From Blasia pusilla (lineage: Eukaryota), in the NCBI GenBank assembly GCA_050084515.1, contig CM114271.1:1116001-1180000 (forward strand): a stretch of DNA of 64,000 nt, in the 5' to 3' direction. Both the position numbers and the translations under genes were made by a program. This document shows, one piece after another, positions 10,600 to 22,209 of this stretch (position 1 is the stretch's first letter; each line of letters starts with the position of its first letter). The notes under the pieces are model-generated. The model ran no database searches. It was given only the letters and a program-made list of their open reading frames with translations, and was not told the origin of the DNA.

Positions 10600-12158
10600 T
10601 CTAGCCCCGGTTCTCTTCTTGGCTAGTACATGGGTTCCTACTCAACCCATCAGCATCAAGGTTGGCAACTCCATGTCTATGTACCACCTCGAAGTCATAC
10701 TCCTGTAAGACAAGAGCCCACCGTGCAAGCTTCCATGTAAGCTTGTCAGACTCCATCAACCACTTGAGGGGCTGGTGATCAGTAACAATGGTAAAATGTG
10801 TGTCAAACAAGTAACACCTAAAGTGTCCATCAACCACTTGAGGGGCCAGTGACGATAACAAGGGTAAAATGTGTGCCAAACAAGTAACACCTAAAGTGTG
10901 CCAAGCACTCTCCCTCATATGAACTATAGTGCGGCTCCGTTGCATTATTCGAACGACTTGCATAGGCCACCACAAACTCCATGTGCTCATCATCATGTTG
11001 TGTCAACACCGCTCCAAGTCCCAACCTACTCCAATCAGTGTGTAACTGAAATGGGCGCCCTCTGATAGGTCTTCTCAAGATAGGCGCCGCCACCAATTGG
11101 GCCTTGAGCTCCACAAAAGCTCTCTCCTGATCATCTCCCTAGTGCCACTCCTGATCTGATTTCAGCAATTGGTTCAAAGGCTTTGCCATAGCACTAAATC
11201 CCTTCACATACCTCCGATAGTAGTTCGCCAATCCCATGAATGCCCGAACTCTACTCACATCTACCGGACGCGGAATAAGTGCAATAGCCTCCACCTTTGC
11301 TTGCTGAACTCCCAAACCATGTGGATAGATCACATGACCCAAGTACTCTACATCCTCATGGAAGAACTTACACTTTCTTGGATGCAAACGTAGACCATGA
11401 GCTTGCAACCGCTCAAACACCATCTGAAAATATATCTGATGCTCCTCCACCGTGTTATTGAACACCAAGATATCATCAATATAACACCGAACAAAATCCA
11501 ACCCTGCTAGGATCTTGTCGATCACTCTCTGAAACTCGGCATGTGCATTCTTCAACCCAAAGGGTAGGAATTTCCACTGGTACAAATAATCCTTGGCATG
11601 AGAGTTGACACCCCAAAATGCTGTCTTGGCCTTGTCACTCTCCCGAATCGGCAATTGATGGTATCCTGCCCGGAGATCCAAAGTACTGAAAATCTTTGCA
11701 TGTCCCACCACATCAAAGATCTCCTCAGGTGTAGGCATGGCATACCTATCGGCCTTGGTCTACCGATTGATAGGACGGTAATCTCCACACATCCGCCTAT
11801 CCGTGTAGTTGCCATGCATATCCTTTTTAGCAGGCATGATAATGGCTGATGCATACTCTCCATGCGACAACTCCATTAATCCAGCCTCCAAAAGGTCCAA
11901 CGTCCTACTCTAAATCACATCCCTCTCCATATCACTATATCGGTAGGTACGACGGAAGATTGCCGTATCACTAGCCAAATCAATCCGTATACCGGGTCCA
12001 ACCAGAGCACCCAACTCCTTCATGCTAAAGGCAAAACAACTCTTATAAGCACGTAGGAACCGTATCAAGCGTCGTTTCTCACCTCCCGTAAGCTTGGGCC
12101 CAAGTAATGGCTCCCAAGTCTCCTCCACTAGCACACTAGAGGGAGAGGACGATGCCAT
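10600..12158 (-). pseudogene. Reverse transcriptase and RNase H, family A
   Basis: FSTLDLRAGYHQL, LPFGLKNA, CYIDDILVF, FQLHTDWS, VVAYASRS, TDHQPLKWL. Stops and frameshifts present. Confidence 0.95.
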
Positions 12159-12360
12159 TGGCTACTACGCAACCCCCTCACAAGATGGTACACCCTTAGC
12201 TACACCATCATCTGAGCAAATAGCTCCTCCACCAGCATGAGCAACCAACTCCACATGCCCATCCATTACATCCCATTTACTCCAAGGATGCAAAATATTA
12301 CTCTCCTCGCCCCCAGCCGATGCCTCTACCGTCCCGGTAGCCTTCGAGCTCATTACAAGG

Positions 12361-12722
12361 GGTCTCCAGGCTATATGTCTATCACCCATGGTGGTATTGG
12401 TAGTAGTGCTCCTACTATGCCAGCCAGCCCAACGTTGAGTGGTACGAGTATGAGCCGGAGTGGGGGTACCAGTGGGGGTACTAGTGGAGGTACTAGTGCC
12501 CCACCATCGTTTAGCCCGGTTGCAGAGTTCTTCAAGAGGTTGAAGAAGAACTATCAGGGAGTGAAGACAGGGAAGTTGAGGAGTCTTCAAGAATTTGAGC
12601 GAAAGACTGGTGAAAGTCTTCATGAGGCATACACTCGTATGCGACGCTTGATTTCAGTTACCCAGGGTGTGACTGAGGCTCACGCAGTCCAATTTTGGTA
12701 TGGGATCTTGGACAGAGAGTTG
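12361..12722 (+). pseudogene. Second copy of family A gag segment
   Basis: Roughly 93-95% identical direct repeat of 7804-8172. It joins by deletion to the pre-DNMT region. Confidence 0.85.
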
Positions 12723-12859
12723 CGCCGCAGGAGGCTTGGTGTGAGGCTCTTATACCTCACGAGGAAGAGGAGGCCCCACGGTGGACTCCTACTTCTGGTC
12801 CAGTTGGGTTATCCTCTTTGGTTACTACACCCATTGTATGGCAGTATCCGCCGGAGGGC

Positions 12860-13642
12860 ATTTGTGTGTTAGATCTCTTTGGTGGGATTAGCACTGGTTT
12901 GGCTGTAGTGTTGCAGGCCGGTATTCCTGTGCGGAGATACGTGTATATGGAGCGAGATGCGACGGCCCAGAGAGTCTCATCCCGACATATTGGTTAGTTG
13001 ATGCGGAGATATCCGGAGTTGGTACTGCCATCAGCTATTCGTGGGTACCAGCGTGCTTTGCCGTCACACATTGCATTGTTGGGAACGCATGACCTTGAGA
13101 GGGTTGGTCCTGTGGATTTGGTGATTGTTGGATGGCCATGTCAGGGTCATACACATGCTGGTCGTGGGGAGGGATTACAGGACCCTAGGTCTCAATTGTT
13201 CTGGGAGATCTTACAAGTGTTACGACATCTTCAGGTTCATCAGGCACGTGCTCCAATTTACATTCTGGAGAATGTTCCATTATTGGATGACACTGGGACC
13301 CGGATGATGGAGAGTGTTCATGAGGTGCGGTCTTGGATTAGACCAGCGGTGTTGTTGGATGCAGCGCGAGTTAGCTCGCGTGCACATCGTCCACGCTTGT
13401 GGTGGACAAACTTGTTGCTAAGGGAGGTTCTACGTCGAGCATATGATGGAGTGCAGCGGGATCCTTGCCTTACAGTGGATAGTATCTTGGATAGTGGGCG
13501 ACTTTCTCAGGTGGTGAGGGTTATTGATCGGTCATCCATGGCAGTGGTGAACTGTGTGGGCCAGTCTAGGATGGCACTACCCACATTTGTGAGTTTTCCC
13601 TCGTCACATACCTACAGGGAAGGTGGTCTCGGGCTTGTATGG
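12860..13642 (+). pseudogene. DNMT3-like C5-cytosine DNA methyltransferase domain in element A pol (C-terminal motifs deleted, one stop)
   Basis: Motif I VLDLFGGISTG, II YVYMERD, IV DLVIVGWPCQG, VI YILENV, VIII AHRPRLWWTNL (ORFs 12695-12997 and 12998-14104). Confidence 0.93.
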
Positions 13643-15047
13643 GCTTGCACGGTGGCTCTTGTCTTACAGGAGTATGACTTCGAGGTGGTACATAGACATG
13701 GAGTTGCCAACCTTGATGCTGATGGGTTGAGTAGGAACCCATGTACTAGCCAAGAGGATACAACTGGGGCTAGATGGCATGGCGAGGTTGATGAGGAGAT
13801 GGTGCCAGGTTGGCATGCATCCGCCTTTTTATGTTGGTTAGGGGTGGACTCTAGTATGGAGGACCACATGACATCTTACTCTAGTAAGAGGGTAGATGGC
13901 CTGCTTTCAAATCCTAAGGTTGGAGATGGTGGTAAGGATCAGCTTGATATTCATGATGATGCGTTGGTGTTGGAGTTCCTACGGACCAGTAGGATGCTAG
14001 GCATAGTGAGTGCCAAGGAGCGAGACGGTGTTCTTCGACGTGCTAAGAGGTATCGATTGGAGGGAACACATATTCTCCTTGTGTGGGAGGATGATAGAGT
14101 ATGAGTAGTGCCGCATTTGGCTCAGAGAGAGCGCATTGTGCGACATGCCCATGAGGAGTTGGGACATTTTGGGATAAAGCGTAGGTATAGCTTACTCCTT
14201 GGTCAATATTGGTGGCATGGCATGCATACTCTGGTGCAGCAGTTGGTGTCACGTTGTATGGTTTGTGACCGGGTGAGGGCATCATTCAATGCCCCTACAC
14301 CACAGTTACACCCTTTTCCTATTGTGGGGTTGGATTACCGTTGGAGTATGGACTTTGTAGGACCGTTACCGTTGAATTTACGACATCATCGATATGTGTT
14401 GGTGATGGTGGAGCACTTCTCCAAGTGGATTGATTTGGTGGCATTACCTGACAAGGCAAGTGAGGGAACGGCGTATGCGTTTCTTGATAGAGTGCTTAGT
14501 CATTTTGGTGCACCAGTTGAGGTGTTGATCGACCAGGATACAGAGTTTCAGGGTGAGTTTGAGGTCTTGTGTGACAAGGCGTTGATTGATCATCGGACCA
14601 CGTCTCGAGATTATCCAGAGGCGGATGGTTTGGCTGAGCGTATGGTTCAGACGGTGAAGAGGGCATTGCGCAAGTATGGCCTACACAAGGGGCATCTTGG
14701 AGACAGGGATATTCAGTTGCCATGGTTAGCCATGGGGTATAGGTTCAGTCGCCAAGCATCCTTGGCTTCCTTCTCACCTTATTTTTTGTTATACGACCGA
14801 GATCCAGACTTGCCAGCATCAATTCGTCAGGAGTCTAGTAACGTGGTGAACTTTAACGACCCAGAGATGTGGATGAGAGTGTGATCTCAGCGGGCAGAGC
14901 TCTTTCGTAGAGTTATGCCAAGAGCCTTTGAGAATCTTGCCATTGCTCAACACAGGGATACAATGCGGTATGCAACCATTCAAGGTGGAGGTTATCAACC
15001 ATCGATTCGTAGGTTCCATGTGGGGGACTATGTCTATTTGCAGCAGA
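13643..15047 (+). pseudogene. End of RNase H plus integrase, element A (RT deleted)
   Basis: ORFs 12998-14104 (3' part) and 14108-14884. Near-identical inverted copy of 9324-10730. Confidence 0.92.
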
Positions 15048-15072
15048 CAAATAGACATAGTCCGTAGATTTG

Positions 15073-15480
15073 CCGAAGTGTCTAGGTAGAGATTCGGTTT
15101 CATAGATAGGGTTGGGGGTTACTCCGTTGAGAGTGACTTTTCTAGTAGGGCCCTTTCTTAGGTTGGAGAATATAGTGTGGAGGGCACTCAAAGAACAGTT
15201 AGTTCTTTGAGTTGAGCCTGTTGCGTTGGGAGTTAGCCTTGGTAGTGAGTAGAGCTCTTGGCTATGGTGGTTCCCGCAACATTCGACCTCGATTCTCCCA
15301 TCGTGAAGTGGGTTTGGCTCGATTGTATTTGATTCTATACGTGTTTTATGACAATAGGTCTTTCACGGATTTCAGTTGTGATACACTTGTATTTGTGGAT
15401 GCTCTCGTCTACGTTATGCATGTAGGTGAGTATGGTATGTCAGCGATGGATGTTGTATGACGATGTGGATTTGCACGACA
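15073..15480 (+). repeat. Family A right terminus: partial A2 (to 15373) and B2 (15374-15480)
   Basis: Matches the reverse complement of 8231-8640. The 107-bp B2 ends ACGACA. PHD, PPT, B1 and the start of A2 are deleted. Confidence 0.9.
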
Positions 15481-15494
15481 ATCAAGATAGAATT

Positions 15495-16011
15495 TGTCAC
15501 GTCTCTTAGGATAGATCGGTGGGATCTAGTAGAGCGCCTTTGTGAGTAGCGGAGGACAGGCTCAATAGGTCAAGGATGACTTGCTCAGGCCACAGGAAAC
15601 TTGAGAGAGCAGGTTTCCACTTCGTTTCGGCTCATTTGGAGCCATATTGAGGAACTTATTATTTCAGGTACGTACCATTTTGAGTATGTGATCGACTTTC
15701 TATTTTTGGTAAGTGGACCTTGACCTCCTACATGAGGTCAAGAGCCAAGGAGGTGACTTGGGAGCATAGGTTACCATGTAGAGAGCTTGGGAGAGGGGAA
15801 GGGTATACTTCAAAGAGAGAGAAAGAGCTTGAGATCTCATTCTCTCTTTGTTGAACTTCTTGGCATAAAGCAGCGGAGCTATGATCCCTTGCCTTGTGAG
15901 TGTAATCCAAGCCTCTCATTAGGAGAGTGGGTTTGGTTTGACATGAGAAAGAGTGCACACCTTTGAGAGCTATGGTGTGAGATGGTGTAGAGAGAGATTG
16001 GATCTTACTTT
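15495..16011 (+). repeat. Family B terminal repeat A1
   Basis: About 90% match to 25464-25978. It is followed by internal sequence, not by segment B. Confidence 0.92.
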
Positions 16012-16013
16012 AA

Positions 16014-16027
16014 AAAGAGAGGATGAG
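16014..16027 (+). promoter_or_regulatory. Putative self-priming PBS of family B
   Basis: AAAGAGAGGATGAG pairs (one G-U) with CTCATTCTCTCTTT at 15836-15849, about 30 nt after TATA at 15804. Confidence 0.65.
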
Positions 16028-18039
16028 AGAGTGAGAGAGCTTCATGGAGAAGCTTGCTGGTCATTCACTTTTTTTGGAGGTTGGGGACCGTGTTCCCCAT
16101 TCAGCGGCTCATGGGAGTGCTCACCGGAGCAAGGGCTACTTTGATTGTTCTTTGCATTTGCCGATTTTTCATGTGGAAGAGTGGCACGCGAAAGCGCTGC
16201 CCAATTTTTGATAGGGATTGCTTATGGGGGCGAGTTGCCCCATGTTGGTACTCTCGGGAGCACCATGTAGCTTGTTGATTTGCATTTTTTAGGTTTTGAC
16301 ATTTTTGTTGGGAGAAATCAGCGCAGAAGCGCTGCCAGCTTTTTATAGGAGAAAGAGACATTGGGCTTTACGACAGTCCCTATCAGTTTTTACTGGAATG
16401 TTCAATTCTAAATATTTTTTGACGTTATTGTAGATCATGAACCTTTGTACCATGTGCAACAAAAAATGCATAATTTGGAGTTGCAAGCAAAAAGTTATGG
16501 TCAATCTTAAAAAATTGCCATTGCTAGGCGATTTTTTGGGTTAAATTGTTCAAACCCTAAACTAGCCGCCACGCCGGCGGTGGCCGTCTCCTTCATAGTC
16601 ACCGTCAACGGTCCGCCGTCGATGGGCAACCCTCACCGCCAACGGTCAACCGTCACTGATATAGGTCAACTGTCATCGTCATTGGTCGTCCGTCACCATC
16701 AACGGTCAACCATCATCGTCAACGATCCACTATCCGTGGTCCACCCTTTGACCCTAAATCATGGAGTTCATAATGGAGATAGAGCAGATGAGTTCATTCA
16801 AAAATATTCTACAATTTAGATACAAGAAGTTGCCACTTATGGATCGCCAAGAGTTCAATTACCCAGCATCTCACTCTATGAAGTTTCTGAGATTCCTACG
16901 ATCTGGCCAACAATACAGACAACACCAAGAGATGAGTTAACTACCAATACCCTTATTCAAGATGGATTATTGGACCCTCAACATGAAGTCATCAATAATG
17001 CCTCAACTCTTTGAAATATTTGGAGTAAAGTAATCTTAAGAGTGGATATTTTTCCATTTGCACTTGATGAAAGCATGTTATCGTCACCGTCATCGGTCGT
17101 CCGTCACCATCAACGGTCCATCGTGTGTTGTCCACCCTTTGGTTGCCATTGCCGCCGTTATGGAGTGGAGGTCTTCCACGACGTTCGTTGATTCTTTGAC
17201 TTGCGTCACCACCACGTACTTTGTTTTGGCCGCCACCTTCATCGCAACTTCGTCACAACCAGTGATAGCAGATGACCTCCGGTTATGGTGATTGAGTTTT
17301 AATTTCATGTTGTTATGTTGTGATTGGTAGTTGATCGACGATGATCAAGAACCGTGCGGTGACGCCCATAGCCGCCGATTGCTGCACCATGTCGCTCGTG
17401 GCCGCACCGCACCGTCTCGATTGCACAACCGCTTCTTCACTCAGGAGCAAAGCGTGTGAATTGCTCATTGAGGAGGGTATGCCCCCGAGTGCCACACCCC
17501 TTTCCTGAGTGCCGTGTTGTTTGTAGCCATTCCATGATGCAATTGCCGCACCGGACCGCTCCACCTGCACCACACATCGAGGAGGTTGAGCAACATTAGT
17601 ATGAGAGGAGTACGACTTGCTGATTGGAGGAGTTATCTTCGCGACCGAGTTGGGGTCGAGATTTGTAATTGTCGAGGAGCGACATCGCCATTATTGTCAG
17701 GTTGCCCATTCTGGTCTCTTACCCTGCATGTGTGAGGGATTTCAAAATATTGGGAAGTTATTTTTGATATAGGCTTTCGTGTTGATGCTAGGAGCATCAA
17801 TGATGTATGGGTTTAGGGGACATAGACCTGTGTGGGATGTCTAGAGTTGAGGATGGTTTGTCGATGAGACGATAGATCAGTTATTTGCCGCACCACGCTG
17901 CTTGTTGCCCATAACACACGTCTCAGTGAGAGAGTGTAGATTGAGAGCCGCATGTTTAGTTTGAGTGATTGAAGGATTACTCGTGAGATTGAGAGTGATT
18001 GTGTGAGAGGGGCACGAGGGCCATCACGGCATCTTTCAG

Positions 18040-19540
18040 GATTTTGAGAGGCGAGGTAGTGAACCTGAGAGTAGCTCTAGAGGGTTTCGGAGTGGTGCGA
18101 GGTTTCGAGGGCCTCCACCTGAGAGATCACCTCGATCTCCTTCTGTGACTTCTTCAGATGAGGGAGAGCGTATAGAGGAGTGTGTTATTGATCCACCATA
18201 CACATTGAGTGGTCCTACCAGTTGGGCGTACGATATGGACGACCGGGGTAGAGGATCGCGTAGGTTTTCGGGTGTTGTAGGCACTATAGAGCTACACGAC
18301 TTTATTGCGGAGTTTAGGAGTTAGTGTGACTCACAGCGGGGCTAGGAACTCTAGAGAGTTCAACCTATTTACAACATGGACCGGTATGTTGCAATATTTA
18401 GAGGGGGCGCCCATGCACGATTACCATGAGTTCTTCCACATATATGCCCAAGAGATTGAGGCATGGCGACTCTACTACGACCGACACTATGTGTCATGGA
18501 CGGAGCCGTTCCCAAATGAGGAGGAGGATTCAGGAGTGGTTACTTCCTCTTCTACTAGTGATGTTTTAGGAGGGATCACTCATAGTGGAGCAATTGCACC
18601 ATCCAGTCGGGTTCGTCCTAGGTTCAACCCCGTGATTGAGTTCTTCGCTGAGTTGAGGGCGAGCTACCAAGGGGTACGAACGGAGAAGTTACGGAGCATC
18701 CATGACTTCCAGAGGCGCCCGGGTGAGAGTTTGCGTGAGGCTTACACTTGCTTGCGCCGGTTGATCAATGTTACTTAGGGGGTGACAGAGGCTCAGGCTA
18801 TCCAATCATGGTACGCGATGTTGGACTAGACACTGCGGATACCGGTTCAAGAGGGGGTGCTCCTTATGAATACCTCCCCTACGTTGAGAGATGTTATTAG
18901 AATATTGAGAATGCTGAGAATATTGAGCGCAACATGGCGGAGGAGAGCGTAGCCACCATGGGTTCTGGGCGAGAGCAGTCACGATTGTCTGCAACACCAA
19001 TGCAGCAACGTGGATTCCGAGATAGGTCAACTGTGGAACCACGAGCTTAGGGAGGATACCGGGACGCAGTGCCATATATACCTGCACCTTCATATGCGGC
19101 TCAGCAGCAGCTGCCTATGATTACTTGTTGGTCATGTGGTAGAGCCCATCATCATCGCGATTGCACTCGTCTGGGTCACGGACGTGTGCCTCAGCATGGA
19201 GGAGGAGATGGTGCTACACCAAGAGGCTATCAATGTGACTATTATCAGAGGTATGGTCAAACATGCGCTAGGTGTTTCAGTTTACATCCTGAATTACGTC
19301 CGAACCAAGGGCCAGAGAGGGCACGAGAGCAAGTAGTTAGTCCGGGTGGGCCTGGAGATCGTGCACCAGGTGGTCCTCTTGGGGGACGAGGAGCTGGAGC
19401 TGCCCGACAGGGTGGTGGAGCTGCCCTTGGAGGAGGTAGAGTCCCACCACTTAGATACGTTGAGGGAGACGCCGGACGTGAGGTTGCGATGGCTGCTCAG
19501 ATACAACAGCTATAAGAGCAGATTGCCGCTATGGCATTGA
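18040..19540 (+). pseudogene. gag remnant of element B
   Basis: FQRRPGESLREAYTCLRRLI. Zinc-knuckle remnants CWSCGRAHHHRDC and CDYYQRYGQTCARC. Homologous to family A gag. Confidence 0.8.
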
Positions 19541-20154
19541 GGTTACCCAATGCCGGATCCGTGGCATCGACATCACATGGAGCAGCCAGGGATATAGAGG
19601 ATCCTGGTTGGATGTGCGGGATTGCCCAGATAGAGACCGTTGCGGTTGTGACGCGTGGAGCAAACGTAGAGTTGGATCCACAACGAGGGGAAGCCAAGAA
19701 ACACACTAGGCTTCCTCAATCTTTCACGTTGTCCGAGGCGATGAGGATCCCATCGATGGGTGCCGATCATAATTCTTGGAGAGTTGGTGATGTTGTTGGT
19801 GTGAAGGCACGGAGGGCGATGGGAGAAGCGAGTGTGACAAGTCCTATTGCTGATGCTCAGGAGGAGCATGTGTCGAGCATGTTGTTGGGGGCGGCCACTG
19901 TTGTGTACCGCACTTCTTTATTTCCTACTTCCGATGTTATGACGTTGGGGGGTACGCCCGCCGAGGCTTTTCGGCTGGCGGCTTCATTATGTGAGTGCGG
20001 AGTTGGAGTTCCTGCATCACGTTTAGAGGTGATTGTAGAGGAGGTGATGGACATGCCCTTGGATCGGATGCTCGGGCCGTCCACGTCATATTCATGGCTG
20101 GCTGCAGCTGCTAGGATGGCGGAGATGCCCGTTGACCCGCGATAGAGTGTGTGA

Positions 20155-20600
20155 TGGCTTCTCCTGGTGTTGTGTTGCTAGATAACCGAGGAGAGGTCTT
20201 CCAATTGGTGAGTTCCGAAGGTAGAGCTTTTAGTCCGCAACGGGTCTTGTTGGATTCAAGAGCACAACCCCTGATGTTGGGGAAAGCATGATTCATAGGA
20301 TTGGGCTTGACGAGAGCCGATGTAGAGCGTTATCCATTTCGGATACAGACATCCTTAGGTGGAGCAAGTACCACACATTATATCACCCGACAAGAGGTCG
20401 TGGTGAGGATTCGCGTGAGACATCCTATAGATGAGTCTATGGTGCGAGCCAAGGCAATAGTGACAAATATAGAGTCTACGACGTCTTGGTTGGTGGAGCA
20501 GTGTTATACCCGATGGGGTTTTCCCTTGATGAGTGGCAAGAGTTAGCATCCTACAGACCAGGATGGCAATCAGATGATGGGCGCCTTAACTCATTACTCA
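20155..20600 (+). pseudogene. Aspartic protease remnant of element B
   Basis: RVLLDSRAQPLMLG at about 20241-20283 (decayed LLDSGAQ), followed by PFRIQTSLGG. Confidence 0.7.
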
Positions 20601-20956
20601 TTTGATTCATAGGTGTAGTGATGGCCATGAGAGGTGGCGACCTTAGCAGCATTTAATAATGTCATCACTTGGCCTAATGATTTGATTGAGGGACATGTCC
20701 ATGCAGAGGATACTCTTGTTCTTGATATTTCTATGGAGAGGAGTGTTATGGTAGCCGCATCATTCCCTGGAGGAGAGGTATCGCTGTAGGGTATGCCGAT
20801 TGAGGAGCTTCGACGATTAGCCATTGAGCATATGCAAACCGCGTGGAGCGAGACGGTTGCACCAGAGTGTGACGGGTCAGAGGAACCCCAAGTAGGCAGG
20901 AGTCCTGCTTTGAGCCTTTGGACACCACCCCGATTATGTGGTGCATCCCAGAGAAG

Positions 20957-21900
20957 GGTATTTGGGTGTTGGATCTCTTTGGAGGGATCAGCATAGGGTT
21001 AGCTGCTCTTTTGCACGTTGGAGTGCGCGTGCAGCAGTACCTGTATGTGGAGATTGATGATGTTGCAAGGTGCGCTTCACTTCACCATGTGGCGTTGTTA
21101 CGCCTCCGTTTTCCCGACTTGTTGTGTGCGTCCGTCATTCAAGGTTACGAGAGTTCCCTACCGAGGGACATTTCATCATTGGGGAGGCAGGACTTGGAGC
21201 GGGTAGGGACTATAGACTTGGTCAATGTTGTTTGGCCGTGTCACGGCCAATCGAGTGTTGGACGTGGTAGCGGGTTAGCTGACACTCGATCGAGGTTATT
21301 TTGGGAGATGATGCGGATCTTGCGACATTTACAGGAGCATCAATCTCGTTCTCCAGCATATATTTTGGAGAATGTACCAATTTTGGGCAAGTCGAGATCC
21401 CGTGCGTGGTGACGAGTGCGCATCAGGTGCGCGCATGGATTGACCTGGCGGTGTTGTTAGATGCGGAGAGTGTGGGTTCACAAGCATATCGCCCGTGTCT
21501 TTGGTGGACCAACTTGGTACCACACGAGGTGTTACTGAGGGCATATGCGAGAGTGGAGCGCCCCTCCGATTTGTTTTTGGATTCTATATTGGATCCGGGC
21601 CGTCGATCACAGTGAGGCTAGATGATCGACCGTGGTTGACTGTTGTCAAGAGGATTGGCATGCCACGGGCAGCCTTTCCCACATTGGTGAGTTTTCCTGC
21701 TTCTTATGCATTCAAGGACGCCCGACCTAGGTGGGTTTGGGATGACCAAGTACAGAGGTTGGTGGACCCCATGTTGATGAGCGAGAGCGAGCGATGGGAT
21801 TCCCCATAGGAATGACGGCCATACCATCACTATCAGAGGCATCATGACGTCATGTCTTGGGTCAGGCGATGGACTTGAATTGCTTGACATGGATTTTCAG
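20957..21900 (+). pseudogene. Complete but degenerate DNMT3-like methyltransferase domain between protease and RT of element B
   Basis: VLDLFGGISIG, YLYVEIDD, WPCHGQS, YILENV, AYRPCLWWTNL, and motifs IX/X ERAMGFPIGMT..RHVLGQAMDLNCLTWIF (21787-21898). Compare DNMT3 ERVFGFP..RQRLLGRSW. Confidence 0.93.
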
Positions 21901-22209
21901 CTCAGGAGTAGCTGAGCAGCGTCGTTTGAGGATGTGGTAGATCACAGTTGTTGCATTGGTGAGCCCCATGCCTACCGAGATGATTAAGGCATCGATCGGG
22001 GGCAAGACTTGAGGAGATCAATACACCAGGGGTGATCGGAAGAGAAACCCTTGGACTTCTTGGGATATTTTGCAGGTACGCCAAGAGATGATGGGCACAT
22101 CATCGAGTGTGGTTCCGGGTACTACAAGTGGCGATGAGAGTTCTATTATCTAAGATGGGGTTGCACCATAGCAACCACCGACACCCGTGCCAGAGAGTCC
22201 TACCGTAGT

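Larger units (their letters stand above)
8231..12360 (-). mobile_element. Inverted 3' half of a family A element (RT-RNaseH-integrase-PHD-PPT-B1-A2-B2)
   Basis: Minus-strand ORFs 11139-11738 (RT), 10830-11114 (RNaseH), 9490-10575 (integrase) and 8983-9408 (PHD). Complete 3' terminal structure at 8231-8820. Confidence 0.9.
2149..15480 (+). mobile_element. Ty3/Gypsy-like retroelement family A (DNMT3-like; split-repeat termini), rearranged, with nested insertions
   Basis: Starts TGTCATGAC at 2149 and ends GCACGACA at 15480. Flanks ATCG (2145-2148) and ATCA (15481-15484) form a 4-bp TSD with one transition. Helitron sequence resumes on the right. Contains gag, DNMT and integrase remnants. Confidence 0.85.

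Noticed and set aside
12860-13642. Bacterial restriction-modification methylase or host DNMT3 gene
   Set aside because: It is intronless and embedded in retroelement pol in two families, has no restriction partner, and its motifs are DNMT3-like.
12998-14104. Apparent natural DNMT-integrase fusion ORF (368 aa)
   Set aside because: It is created by a deletion at 13642/13643 that removed DNMT motifs IX-X, RT and most of RNase H. Element B shows the undeleted order.
16590-16750. CRISPR-like or regulatory repeat array (CGTCAACGGTC units)
   Set aside because: Irregular degenerate tandem repeats with no unique spacers, in a retroelement UTR.
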